This document shows positions 8,895-17,965 of a stretch of DNA of 64,000 nucleotides, one piece after another. Made by a program: the position numbers and the translations under genes. Each line of letters begins with the position of its first letter. Within the stretch, counting starts at the first letter, position 1. This DNA comes from Acidimicrobiales bacterium. GTDB taxonomy: Bacteria > Actinomycetota > Acidimicrobiia > Acidimicrobiales > VFJN01. A model generated the notes under the pieces. The model was not told where the DNA came from. It worked only from the letters and a program-made list of their open reading frames with translations, and did not search any database. The DNA lies in assembly GCA_036275535.1 (NCBI GenBank), contig DASUDP010000118.1, positions 11,612 through 75,611 of the forward strand, in the 5' to 3' direction.

Positions 8895-10805
8895 ATGGGC
8901 GACGTAGCAGGGGAACACGACGGGGGTCCGGCCCGCGGGCGCCGTCCTGGAGGCGGCTGGGGCCGCAGCGTCCGGGCGTTGCTCGTGCTGCTCGTGCTCC
9001 TCCCCATCATCGGGATGTTCGTCGTCTCGCTGGCCTCGACCCGCCGGCTCGAGCGCGGGCGCCAGGACGCGACCACGCTGGAGCGCCGAACGGAGCGCCT
9101 CGTCGGACTCGTCGAGGCCCGCACGGCGATCAGCGGCGAGGAGGTGGCGTCGTCCGTGCTCGTCATCGGCGCCGATCTCGGCGTCGACGCCGCCGCGCTG
9201 CAAGACCTTTTCGGACAGGACTTCTCGGCCGAGCTCGCCGCCGCCCGGATCCGCCTCGACGACGACCCGACGCTGGCCACCCTTCCCGAGGTCCGAGCCG
9301 GCCTGACCGAGCTCCGGGCCCTCCGCCCGCAGATCGACGCCGGCACGCTCACCTTCGGGGACCTGGTGGCCGTCACCACCGCGCTCACCGATGAGATCGA
9401 TGCCGTGTGGGACGCCCGCGTCCGGGACCAGATCCGCGAGGTCCTCGGCGGCGAGCTGCCCGCCTCCGTGCAGGTGCGCTTCCAGGCGCTGACCGCGACG
9501 TACATCGCCCTGTCGGCGGCGGCCGACCGCGCCCTGCTCACCGAGGTCGTGCTGACCGGCGAGCCCACCGATGCCCAGCTGCTGGCCCTGGTGGAGGCCA
9601 CGGGCGCCTACCGGGCCGCGGTCAGGGTGCTCCCGGACCGGCTCGGGCCCCTCGGCGCCGCCGCCTGGCGCGCCCACACCGATCAAGCCGCCGGCCGGCG
9701 CTTCGAGGCCGTGCTCGACGACACCATCGTGGCCGTCTCCCGTGGTGTGCCCCCGGCGCTGGCAGCCGACCCGGTGGCCTTCGGGAAGGCCTACATCGAC
9801 GGCCCGGATTGGGCTCGCAGCATCTCGACGGCCATCCAGGCCACCGCCGCCGATCTGCGCGACCTCACCCGGGACCACGCCGCGGACGCCACCCGAGCCG
9901 TCGTGCTGCAGGCGCTCGTCGTCGTGCTCCTCGCGCTGGCCTCGCTGGCCACCGCCGTGTGGGCGGCCCGCACCCTCGCCACCCCCATCACCCGTCTCGA
10001 GGCCGCCGCCCACCAGATCCACGACGGGCGGTTCGACCTGCCTCCCCTACCGGAGCGCGGCCCGCGCGAGCTGGCCGACATGGCCCGGGCCTTCAACGAG
10101 ATGTCGTCCACCCTCGCCGCGGTGGAGCGCCACGCCGTCGCGCTGGCCGCCGACACCGCCGCCCCGGTCCTGGAGGAGCCGCTCCCCGGACCCACCGGGC
10201 GAGCCCTGCAGGTGGCCCTCGACCGCCTCCGGTCGTCGATGCAGGTGGCCGAGCAGCGCCGACGGGAGCTCGAGCGCACGGCCGCCCATGACGGTCTCAC
10301 CGGCCTCCTCAACCGGGCGGCGGCCTTCGAGGTGGTGGCCCGAGACCTGCTGCGGGCCGATCGCGGCGGGGGCCGCGTGGTGGCCCTCTACCTGGACCTC
10401 GATGGCCTGAAGCCGATCAACGACGCCCACAGCCACGCCGCCGGCGACGACGCCCTGCGGCTGACCGCGGACGCTCTGCGGAGCGCCACGCGCGCCTCGG
10501 ACGTCGTCGCCCGCCTCGGCGGCGACGAGTTCCTGGTGGCCGGCGTGCTCGGCGACGACGGGGACGACGAGACCGAGGCCGAGGAGCTGGCCGAGCGCGT
10601 GCGGGAGGCGGTGTCCTCCCGGATGATCGCGGTCGCCGAGGGCCACATCCCGCTCGGCTGCAGCATCGGCATCGCCGTGGCCGGCCGGGACACCTCGGCC
10701 GAGGCCCTCATCAACGAAGCGGACCGGGCGCTCCTCGAGGCCAAGCGAAAGGGCAAGGACCGCATCAGCTGGTGGTCCGGACGGCGTCAGGTCCCGAGGC
10801 CGTAG
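8895..10805 (+). CDS. Diguanylate cyclase (GGDEF) with N-terminal TM-flanked sensor region and HAMP domain
   Basis: TM1 'ALLVLLVLLPIIGMFVVSLA', a helical extracytoplasmic region of about 320 aa, and TM2 'VVLQALVVVLLALASLATAVWAA'. HAMP region 'PITRLEAAAHQIHDG...MARAFNEMSSTL'. GGDEF domain 'RLGGDEFLV' with I-site 'RASD' five residues upstream. ATG 8895 preferred over the start at 8832. Confidence 0.85.
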   Translation: MGDVAGEHDGGPARGRRPGGGWGRSVRALLVLLVLLPIIGMFVVSLASTRRLERGRQDATTLERRTERLVGLVEARTAISGEEVASSVLVIGADLGVDAAALQDLFGQDFSAELAAARIRLDDDPTLATLPEVRAGLTELRALRPQIDAGTLTFGDLVAVTTALTDEIDAVWDARVRDQIREVLGGELPASVQVRFQALTATYIALSAAADRALLTEVVLTGEPTDAQLLALVEATGAYRAAVRVLPDRLGPLGAAAWRAHTDQAAGRRFEAVLDDTIVAVSRGVPPALAADPVAFGKAYIDGPDWARSISTAIQATAADLRDLTRDHAADATRAVVLQALVVVLLALASLATAVWAARTLATPITRLEAAAHQIHDGRFDLPPLPERGPRELADMARAFNEMSSTLAAVERHAVALAADTAAPVLEEPLPGPTGRALQVALDRLRSSMQVAEQRRRELERTAAHDGLTGLLNRAAAFEVVARDLLRADRGGGRVVALYLDLDGLKPINDAHSHAAGDDALRLTADALRSATRASDVVARLGGDEFLVAGVLGDDGDDETEAEELAERVREAVSSRMIAVAEGHIPLGCSIGIAVAGRDTSAEALINEADRALLEAKRKGKDRISWWSGRRQVPRP

Positions 10806-11602
10806 AGGGCAGCGAGCGCGATGGCGGCCGCCGTCGCCACGTTCACCGAGTCGACGCCGGGCTCCATCGGGATCCGCACCCGGCGGTCGGTGGCAGCGAG
10901 CGCCGCCTCGGTCAGCCCGGGGCCCTCGGCGCCGAGCACGAGGGCCACCCGGGCCGGGGCCTCGGCCACGAGCCGGCCCAAGGGGTCCGCAGTTGCGGAG
11001 GGCGTCAGGGCCACCGTCGTGGCGCCGGCCTCGCGCAGGTCGTCGAGGGCCCGTGGCCAGCCCCCGTCCGGCACGCGGGCGAACGGCACGCGCAGGACGT
11101 GGCCCAGCGACACCCGGGTAGACCGCCGGTAGAGGGGATCGCTCGTCGTCGGGTCGAGCACCACCGCGTCCACACCGAAGGCGGCCGCGTTGCGGAACAG
11201 GGCCCCCACGTTCTCGTGGTCGTTCACGGCCTCGAGGACGAGCAGGCGCCGCGCCCCCGCCACCAGATCGGCCACCGCCGGCAGCTCGGGCCGCTCGGCC
11301 ACGGCGAGCACCCCGCGGTGGAAGTGCACACCGCTCACGGCCTCCATGGCGCTGGCCGGCATCGTGTAGATCGGTGCCTCGGTGGCCACCAGGGAGGCGA
11401 CCCGCTGGACGTGCTCCTCGGCCACGAACAGGGAGCGCACGGTGAAGGGGGAGGCCAGGAGGGCCTCGATCGACAGGCGACCCTCGACGGTGAAGATCCC
11501 CCGCTCTCGCTCCAGCGCCATCCGGCGCGACGGCGAGCGGAGGTGGTGGTAGTCGGCCAGCCGCGGGTCGTCGAGGTCCGTGATCGGGACGATGGGCATC
11601 AC
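10787..11602 (-). CDS. TrmH/SpoU-family RNA 2'-O-methyltransferase
   Basis: 'NVGALFRNAAAFGVDAVVL', 'LVLGAEGPGLTEAAL' and 'RIPMEPGVDSVNVATAAAIAL' are the three SpoU motifs. Its 3' end overlaps the GGDEF gene convergently by 19 nt. Confidence 0.85.
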   Translation of the reverse strand: MMPIVPITDLDDPRLADYHHLRSPSRRMALERERGIFTVEGRLSIEALLASPFTVRSLFVAEEHVQRVASLVATEAPIYTMPASAMEAVSGVHFHRGVLAVAERPELPAVADLVAGARRLLVLEAVNDHENVGALFRNAAAFGVDAVVLDPTTSDPLYRRSTRVSLGHVLRVPFARVPDGGWPRALDDLREAGATTVALTPSATADPLGRLVAEAPARVALVLGAEGPGLTEAALAATDRRVRIPMEPGVDSVNVATAAAIALAALYGLGT

Positions 11603-11675
11603 CGGCAGCCTCTCACGCCCTCCCTACCGGCCCTCCAACGAGGTCGGGCACCGACCGTCGTGCCATGCTCCTGCG

Positions 11676-12647
11676 ATGCGCGCCGTGGTCTGCTCCGAGT
11701 TCGCCCCCATCGACCAGCTGCGGGTGGAGGAGCGACCCGACCCCGTGCCCGGCCCCGGCAAGGTGGTGGTGGCGGTGCGGGCGGCGGGCGTGAACTTCGT
11801 CGACGGCCTCTTCGTCCAGGGGAAGTACCAGATCAAGCCACCGCTGCCCTTCACGCCCGGCGGGGAGGTGGCCGGCGACGTGGTCGCCCGCGGGGACGGC
11901 GTGGACGGGCTGGCGATCGGCGACCGGGTGCTCGCCATGCCCTGGCTCGGCGGGTTCGCCTCTCACGTCGAGCTGGCGGCCGACGGCGTCGTGCCGATCC
12001 CGGGGCCCCTGTCGTACGGACAGGCAGCCGCCCTCGTGCAGAGCTATGGCACGATGCTGTTCTCCTTCACCCGGCGCATGCAGCTCCGGGCCGGGGAGTG
12101 GGTGCTCGTCCTGGGGGCGGGGGGCGGGATCGGCCTGGCTGCCGTCGACGTCGCCAAGCACCTCGGTGCGCGCGTGATCGCCGCCGCCTCGTCGCCCGAG
12201 AAGCTGGCCGCGGCGGTAGCCGCCGGGGCCGACGCGACCGTCTCCTACGAGGAGGAGGACCTGAAGGCCCGGGTGCGGGAGCTCTCGGGAGGCGGCGTCG
12301 ACGTTGTCGTTGACCCGGTGGGCGGCTCCTTCGCCGAGCCGGCGCTGCGGTCGCTCGGCTGGATGGGCCGCTACCTGGTCATCGGCTTCGCCGGCGGGGA
12401 CATCCCGCGCCTGCCCGCCAACCAGGTCCTGCTCAACAACCGCACCGTGGTGGGCGTCGACTGGGGGGCGTGGACGATGCGCGACCCGGAGGGCAACCGG
12501 CTGCTGCTGCAGGAGCTGATGGACCTGGCCGGCGCCGGTGAGGTCCACCCCGTCGAGCCCACCCCGTACCCGCTCGGCGACGTCGTCCGCGCCCTGACCG
12601 ACCTCCAAGAGCGCCGGGTGGCCGGCAAGGTGGTGCTCGTGCCCTGA
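11676..12647 (+). CDS. NADPH:quinone oxidoreductase / zinc-type alcohol dehydrogenase superfamily (MDR) protein
   Basis: 'MRAVVCSEFAPIDQLRVEERPDPVPGPGKVVVAVRAAGVNFVD', 'PFTPGGEVAGDV', nucleotide-binding 'VLGAGGGIGLAAVDVAK'. ATG 11676 lies inside ORF 11580... Confidence 0.85.
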   Translation: MRAVVCSEFAPIDQLRVEERPDPVPGPGKVVVAVRAAGVNFVDGLFVQGKYQIKPPLPFTPGGEVAGDVVARGDGVDGLAIGDRVLAMPWLGGFASHVELAADGVVPIPGPLSYGQAAALVQSYGTMLFSFTRRMQLRAGEWVLVLGAGGGIGLAAVDVAKHLGARVIAAASSPEKLAAAVAAGADATVSYEEEDLKARVRELSGGGVDVVVDPVGGSFAEPALRSLGWMGRYLVIGFAGGDIPRLPANQVLLNNRTVVGVDWGAWTMRDPEGNRLLLQELMDLAGAGEVHPVEPTPYPLGDVVRALTDLQERRVAGKVVLVP

Positions 12648-12726
12648 CCCAGCGACCCCCACCGCATGTGGGAGGGTCTGGGGGCCGCGGGTGTGGACCG
12701 GACCACCAGGGGGTACGGCAGTCGAC

Positions 12727-15054
12727 ATGGGCCGGACAGCAACCACCTTCACCCGCGCGCGCGAGCGCTGGCACCGCCTCCCCCGCTGGGTCCGGTGGCC
12801 GGCGTGGGGTGTGGTGGGCCTCGGCGTGCTGGGCGTCCTGGCCTTCACCGTCCTGTGGTTCACGGTCGACCTCCCGGAGGACCCACCCGAGCTCCAGTCC
12901 GCCGTCGTGCTGTCGGCGGACGGACAGGAGCTGGCCGTGCTCTCCAAGGGCGGCCAGCGCTTCGAGGTGCCCCTCGAGGAGGTGGCTCCCCTCGTGGTCG
13001 ACGCCCTCCTCTCCGCCGAGGACCGCCGCTTCTACAGCCACAGCGGCCTCGATCCCATCGGCATCGCCCGGGCGCTGTGGAGCAACGTCCGCCACTCCGG
13101 CACCCAGGGCGGCTCGACCCTCACGCAGCAGCTGGTGAAGAACCAGTACCTGACGAGCGAGCGCACCATCTGGCGCAAGGCCCGGGAGGCCGTGCTGGCG
13201 GCCAAGCTCGAGCGCACTGAGGACAAGGACCAGATTCTCGAGCGCTACCTGAACACCGTCTACTTCGGCCGGGGCGCCTACGGCATCGAGGCGGCCGCCC
13301 GGATCTACTTCGACACCACCGCCGCCCAGCTCGACCTCCCCCAGTCCGCCCTGCTCGTCGGGCTGCTGCGGGCGCCGGAGTCGGCCGACCCGGCGGAGGA
13401 CATGGCAGCCGCCGAGAAGCGACGCGCTGTCGTGCTGAGCGACATGGTGGCCAACCACAAGATCACCAAGGACGAGGCGGAGGCGGCCGACGCCACGCCC
13501 ATCACCGCCTCCGAGCAGACCTCCCCGGTCGAGCTCACCGCCGGGCTGGCCCCGCACTTCGTGGAGTGGATCCGCCAACAGACGATCGACGCCGTCGGTG
13601 AGGACGCCCTCTACTCCAACGGCCTGAAGGTCGTCACCACCCTGGACCTCAAGGCTCAGGCCGCCGCCGAGGCGGCCATCAAGGAGGTCATCACGGACCC
13701 CGCCGCCCCGCAGGCCGCGCTCGTCGCCCTCGACCTCGACGGTGCCATCCGCGCCCACGTCGGCGGGCGCGACTTCAACGCGCTGCAGGTGGACCTCGCC
13801 CGCGGCGCGGACGGCGGCGGGTCCGGCCGCCAGCCCGGCTCCACCTTCAAGCCCTTCGTGCTGGAAGCCGCCCTCGAGAAGGGCATCACGCTCGGCGACC
13901 GGTACGCCGCGCCGCCGACCCTCGACCTCACCGTCGACGGGCAGCCGTGGAACGTCAGCAACTACGGCGGTGAGAGCTTCGGCGACATGACCGTGGCGGA
14001 CGCCACAGCGCACTCCGTCAACACCGTGTACGCGCAGCTCCTCACCGAGGTCGGCCCACCGGCGGTCGCGGACGCTGCGAAGCGGATGGGCATCGACGCC
14101 GAGCTCGACGTGTTCCCCTCCATCGCGCTCGGCGTGGAGGAGGTGTCGCCCCTCGACCTGGCCAGTGCCTACCTGACCCTGGCCGACGACGGCACCGGGG
14201 TGGAGCCCTACGCCATCGTCCGCATCGAAGACGGCGACGGGAAGGTCCTCTGGGAGCCCGACCGGCCCGAGCCGAAGGACGGCGCCATCGACAAGGGCAT
14301 CTCCCGGGCCGTCACCCACGCGCTGCGGGGCGTCATCGACGGCGGCACCGGCACGGCCGCCGACATCGGGCGCCCGGCGGCCGGCAAGACCGGCACCACC
14401 CAGGACAGCGTCGATGCGTGGTTCGCCGGCTACGTGCCCGGCTACGCCGCCGTCGTCTGGATGGGCTACCCAGACGGCGCCACGCCGATGGAGAACGTCC
14501 AGGGCCGCCGCACCGTCACCGGCGGGTCGTTCCCCGCCCAGATCTGGCAGAAGTTCATGACCGTGGCCATGGAGGGCCGCGACGAAGCTGACTTCCCGGA
14601 CCCCCCTGCCGAGCTGCTGAAGGAGAGCGCGGCCGCCGAGCTCAGCGTCGCCCCGCCCGAGGTCGACCCCGGCGGCTCCATCACCGTGTCCGGCTCCGGC
14701 TTCGACCTCTGCCGCGCCTCGTGGTCGGTGGCCGTCGAGGGCACGCCGCTCGCCAGCACGCCCGAGACCGGCTCCGATGCCGACGAGCGCTCGGCCACGA
14801 TCCAGCTGCCTGCCGACATCGCCCCCGGCTCGTACCAGGTGGTGGCCCGCTGCGACAGCGGCGCCGGCGAGCGCACCGCCGGCTCCGCCACCTTCGTGGT
14901 GCGCGGGCCCACCACGACGTCCACGGAGTCGACGACCACGACCGCCCCCGACGCCACCACCACGACCACCAGGCCGGGCAACGGCAACACCACGACGACC
15001 TCGTCGTCCACCACGTCGCCATCGACGACGACCACGACCGCGCCCAGCGGATAG
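12727..15054 (+). CDS. Class A penicillin-binding protein (glycosyltransferase plus transpeptidase) with C-terminal extension
   Basis: GT51 motifs 'EDRRFYSHSGLD', 'GGSTLTQQLVKN', 'RKAREAVLAAKLE'. Transpeptidase motifs 'STFKPF' (SxxK), 'HSVN' (SxN) and 'GKTGTT' (KTG). N-terminal TM anchor. An extra C-terminal domain of about 100 aa is followed by a Thr/Ser-rich tail. Confidence 0.9.
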   Translation: MGRTATTFTRARERWHRLPRWVRWPAWGVVGLGVLGVLAFTVLWFTVDLPEDPPELQSAVVLSADGQELAVLSKGGQRFEVPLEEVAPLVVDALLSAEDRRFYSHSGLDPIGIARALWSNVRHSGTQGGSTLTQQLVKNQYLTSERTIWRKAREAVLAAKLERTEDKDQILERYLNTVYFGRGAYGIEAAARIYFDTTAAQLDLPQSALLVGLLRAPESADPAEDMAAAEKRRAVVLSDMVANHKITKDEAEAADATPITASEQTSPVELTAGLAPHFVEWIRQQTIDAVGEDALYSNGLKVVTTLDLKAQAAAEAAIKEVITDPAAPQAALVALDLDGAIRAHVGGRDFNALQVDLARGADGGGSGRQPGSTFKPFVLEAALEKGITLGDRYAAPPTLDLTVDGQPWNVSNYGGESFGDMTVADATAHSVNTVYAQLLTEVGPPAVADAAKRMGIDAELDVFPSIALGVEEVSPLDLASAYLTLADDGTGVEPYAIVRIEDGDGKVLWEPDRPEPKDGAIDKGISRAVTHALRGVIDGGTGTAADIGRPAAGKTGTTQDSVDAWFAGYVPGYAAVVWMGYPDGATPMENVQGRRTVTGGSFPAQIWQKFMTVAMEGRDEADFPDPPAELLKESAAAELSVAPPEVDPGGSITVSGSGFDLCRASWSVAVEGTPLASTPETGSDADERSATIQLPADIAPGSYQVVARCDSGAGERTAGSATFVVRGPTTTSTESTTTTAPDATTTTTRPGNGNTTTTSSSTTSPSTTTTTAPSG

Positions 15055-15076
15055 ACCCGCGGAGGATCGGCCCAGG

Positions 15077-15760
15077 TCAGGTGCTGACGAGCCGGTGCAC
15101 CTCGGCCGTGGTGGCCGGGCCGTCGTGGACGACCTCGCCGTCACGCAGGGCCACGCACCGGTCAGCCAGCTCCACGAAGCCGGGATCGTGGGTGGCCACC
15201 ACCACGGCGGCCCCGTCGGTGCGCAGCTCGGCCAGGATCCCGAGCAGTGCCTCCTTCCCGGTGGCGTCGAGGCCGACGAAGGGCTCGTCGACGAGCAGCA
15301 GCTCGAAGGGCCGGATGAGGCCCAGGGCGATCGAGGTCTTCTGCCGGAGGCCGCGGCTGAAGCGGGCCGGCAGGTCGTCGGCCCGGTGGCTCAGCTCGAC
15401 CCGTTCGATCAGGGCGTCGATCGTGTCGACGTCGACGTCGACGCCGTGCAGGGCGGCGACGTAGGCGAGGTGCTCGCGCACCGACAGGTCGTCGTAGAGG
15501 ACGGGCTCGTCGGGCAGGAAGCTCACCGCGCCGCGTGCCTCGGAGGTGCCGGCGGGGGCGCCGGCGATGTCGATGGTGCCCTCCGACAGGTCGAGGAGGC
15601 CCGCCGCCAGGCGCAGGAAGGTGGACTTGCCCGAACCGTTGTGCCCGATGAGGGCGACGGTCTGGCCGGCCGGCACGATCAGGTCCAGCGGGGCCAGCGC
15701 CACGAGGTCGGCGTAGGCCTTCGTGGCGCCCTCGGCGCGCAGGATGGGGTCAGCGGTCAT
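15077..15760 (-). CDS. ABC transporter ATP-binding protein
   Basis: 'MTADPILRAEGATKAYADL...', Walker A 'GHNGSGKST', signature 'FSRGLRQKTSIA', Walker B 'LLVDEP'. Its start overlaps the stop of the upstream membrane gene (ATGA, 15757-15760). Confidence 0.9.
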   Translation of the reverse strand: MTADPILRAEGATKAYADLVALAPLDLIVPAGQTVALIGHNGSGKSTFLRLAAGLLDLSEGTIDIAGAPAGTSEARGAVSFLPDEPVLYDDLSVREHLAYVAALHGVDVDVDTIDALIERVELSHRADDLPARFSRGLRQKTSIALGLIRPFELLLVDEPFVGLDATGKEALLGILAELRTDGAAVVVATHDPGFVELADRCVALRDGEVVHDGPATTAEVHRLVST

Positions 15761-17397
15761 CCCGTGGTCCTCACTCGTTCCTTCTGCTGCTCCTGCGCCA
15801 TGTCCATGGACGCTTTGAACCAGGCGGCGATGTCGTCGCGCACCCGCACCCACGCCGCGATCAGCGCGAAGAGCGCGACCACGGCAGCGACGAGGGGCAG
15901 GGCCCCGTCGAGGGCCTCCTTGCCCGAGTCGAGCGCGCTGCGGGCGGCCAGCACCGGCGTGGCGCCGATCACGGCGATGGCCGGGGGCCACGCCGTGCGG
16001 AAGGCGAGGCGCATGCCCTGGGCCTCGGGCGGGGCCAACGACCAACCCTCGCTCATGCTGACGGCGCCGCCGAGCAGGCTGACCAGCGCGCCGCCCAGCC
16101 CGCCGAGGGCCAGGGGCAGGAGGCACGCGCCGGCCAGGTCGGCGGGGAGGTGACCCGGGCCGGGGCCACCGGCCACCGCCGCCGCGACGGCGGCGGTGGC
16201 CAGCATCGTCAGCACCGCGACGGGCACGTGCAGGAGGTGGATCTCGGCTGCCGGACGGGGCGACGCGTCGCGCCGGCTCGGGTGATCGACCTCCTGGGCC
16301 AGCGGCTCGACGGCATCGAGCCCGGCCAGGAACATGGCCAGCCCGGCGAGGACCACGAGCGGGGAGGTGCCAGTCCACGCGCCGCGCAGCGAGAGCCCGG
16401 CCACCACGGCCAGGAGGACGAGCCGGGCGAGACGGGCCGCCGGCCACCGCAGGAGGCCGCGGAGGCCACGGGTGAACACGGAGAGCCGGCCGGCGCCCCG
16501 CAGGGAGAGGCGCACCCACGGGCGCAGGCGGGGCAGCTCCATCGCCAGCTGGCGCCGGAGGACGATGACGGTGCGCAGGTCCTGCATGGTGGCGGCGAAG
16601 CGGAGCTGCCCGACCAGGCTGGACCGGCGCTCGGCCGCCTCGAGCGACGTCCGACCCAGCAGGGCCAGCCCGACGAGCACCAGGCCCAGCGCCAGCAGCA
16701 CGGGCACCACGCCGTCGAGGCGGAAGCGCAGCGGCCACAGGACGAGGTCGCCGAAGACGGAGGTGGGGCTCCAGCCCAGCACGTCGGTCCCGTCGGCCAC
16801 GGCGGCCGCCACGAGCAGCACCCCGGTCGCCGACGCCGCCCAACGGGGGACGTGCAGACCCGACGTGACGAGGGCCGTGCCGGTGGCCAGGCCCACCAGC
16901 GTCAGGCCGGCGAGGGCCCCGGTGGCGATCCAGGCCGGCTCCGTCCCCGGGAGGCGGTGGGTGGCGAGGTAGCCGGCGATCCCGCCCCCGACCAGGCCGA
17001 CGAAGGCCAGGAAGCGCAGCTGCCGGATGGCAGGCGCCCGCAGGGCGCTCGTGCGATCGACGGGCGCCAGCAGGACGTGGCGGACCTCGGCCCGCTCGAG
17101 GGCCAGGGGTCCCCCCCGGCTCCCGGAGCGCAGGCCGAGGGCGACAGCAAAGGCGGCCAGGAGGCCTACCCAGGCCGGGCCGTCGGCCCGGACCTGGTGC
17201 ACCTGGGCTGTCGTGATCGCCTCGTCGCCCACGAAGCTGGCGACGACGGCGACGGCGATCAGCCCGAGGATGCCGGTGAGGTACGCCTGGTAGAAGGCAT
17301 CGATCCAGTGGATGTCGGCGACCCGCTTCTTGCGGCGGAAGGCCCGCCAGTCGTCGAGGGCGCCTTCGAGGTCGGCATCGGGGTCAGCGGTCAGCAC
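15757..17397 (-). CDS. Polytopic membrane protein of unassigned family, probable permease partner of the downstream ABC ATPase
   Basis: 546-aa ORF with about 10 or more hydrophobic segments and good GC3 bias. Translationally coupled to the ATPase. I can recognise no motifs. Confidence 0.7.
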   Translation of the reverse strand: MLTADPDADLEGALDDWRAFRRKKRVADIHWIDAFYQAYLTGILGLIAVAVVASFVGDEAITTAQVHQVRADGPAWVGLLAAFAVALGLRSGSRGGPLALERAEVRHVLLAPVDRTSALRAPAIRQLRFLAFVGLVGGGIAGYLATHRLPGTEPAWIATGALAGLTLVGLATGTALVTSGLHVPRWAASATGVLLVAAAVADGTDVLGWSPTSVFGDLVLWPLRFRLDGVVPVLLALGLVLVGLALLGRTSLEAAERRSSLVGQLRFAATMQDLRTVIVLRRQLAMELPRLRPWVRLSLRGAGRLSVFTRGLRGLLRWPAARLARLVLLAVVAGLSLRGAWTGTSPLVVLAGLAMFLAGLDAVEPLAQEVDHPSRRDASPRPAAEIHLLHVPVAVLTMLATAAVAAAVAGGPGPGHLPADLAGACLLPLALGGLGGALVSLLGGAVSMSEGWSLAPPEAQGMRLAFRTAWPPAIAVIGATPVLAARSALDSGKEALDGALPLVAAVVALFALIAAWVRVRDDIAAWFKASMDMAQEQQKERVRTTG

Positions 17398-17516
17398 CGG
17401 TGCGGGACGCTAACCCCGCCGGTGCCCCGATGGCAGTCGGGCCCGCCCCTCGCCGAGCAGCCGGCGGGCCCGAGAGATAGGGTCCCACCACGTCTGGGGC
17501 AGGACGAGGAGGGGCG

Positions 17517-17954
17517 ATGGCGCAGCGCAACCGGTCGGAGCTGATCGGCGTGCTCGAACGCAGCGCGCTGTTCGGCGGACTCACCCGCAAGCAGCTCAAC
17601 GCGGTGGCCAAGGTCTGCTGTCAGCAGCACTTCGCGCCCGGCGAGGAGATCGTGCGGGAGAACGACTACGGCCACAAGATGGTCGCCCTCATCTCGGGCA
17701 CCGCCCGCGTGGCGAGCAAGGGCCGCACCATCGCCAAGGTGGGCGCCGGGGAGGCGGTCGGTGAGATGTCGCTGATCGATGGCCGTCCTCGCTCGGCTTC
17801 GGTCGTGGCGGAGTCGGCCGTGGAGGCCATCGAGCTGTACCGCACGGCCTTCCAGAAGCTCCTCGACGAGATCCCGGCGATGTCGACCAGGCTCCTGCTG
17901 GCCCAGACCGCCCGCATCCGGGAGCTGGACCGGCACGCCGCCGCGCTGGGCTGA
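17517..17954 (+). CDS. Stand-alone cyclic-nucleotide-binding domain protein (no HTH)
   Basis: 145 aa. 'LERSALFGGLTRKQLNAVAKV...', CNB cassette 'GEMSLIDGRPRSASVVA'. RBS-like 'gaggagggg' upstream of ATG 17517. No DNA-binding domain. Confidence 0.8.
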   Translation: MAQRNRSELIGVLERSALFGGLTRKQLNAVAKVCCQQHFAPGEEIVRENDYGHKMVALISGTARVASKGRTIAKVGAGEAVGEMSLIDGRPRSASVVAESAVEAIELYRTAFQKLLDEIPAMSTRLLLAQTARIRELDRHAAALG

Positions 17955-17965
17955 CCCCAGGGCGC

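Noticed and set aside
14905-15051. Thr/Ser-rich coding repeat considered as a separate gene or mucin-like protein.
   Set aside because: It is in frame and continuous with the PBP ORF with no internal start or RBS, so it is treated as the C-terminal tail of the PBP.
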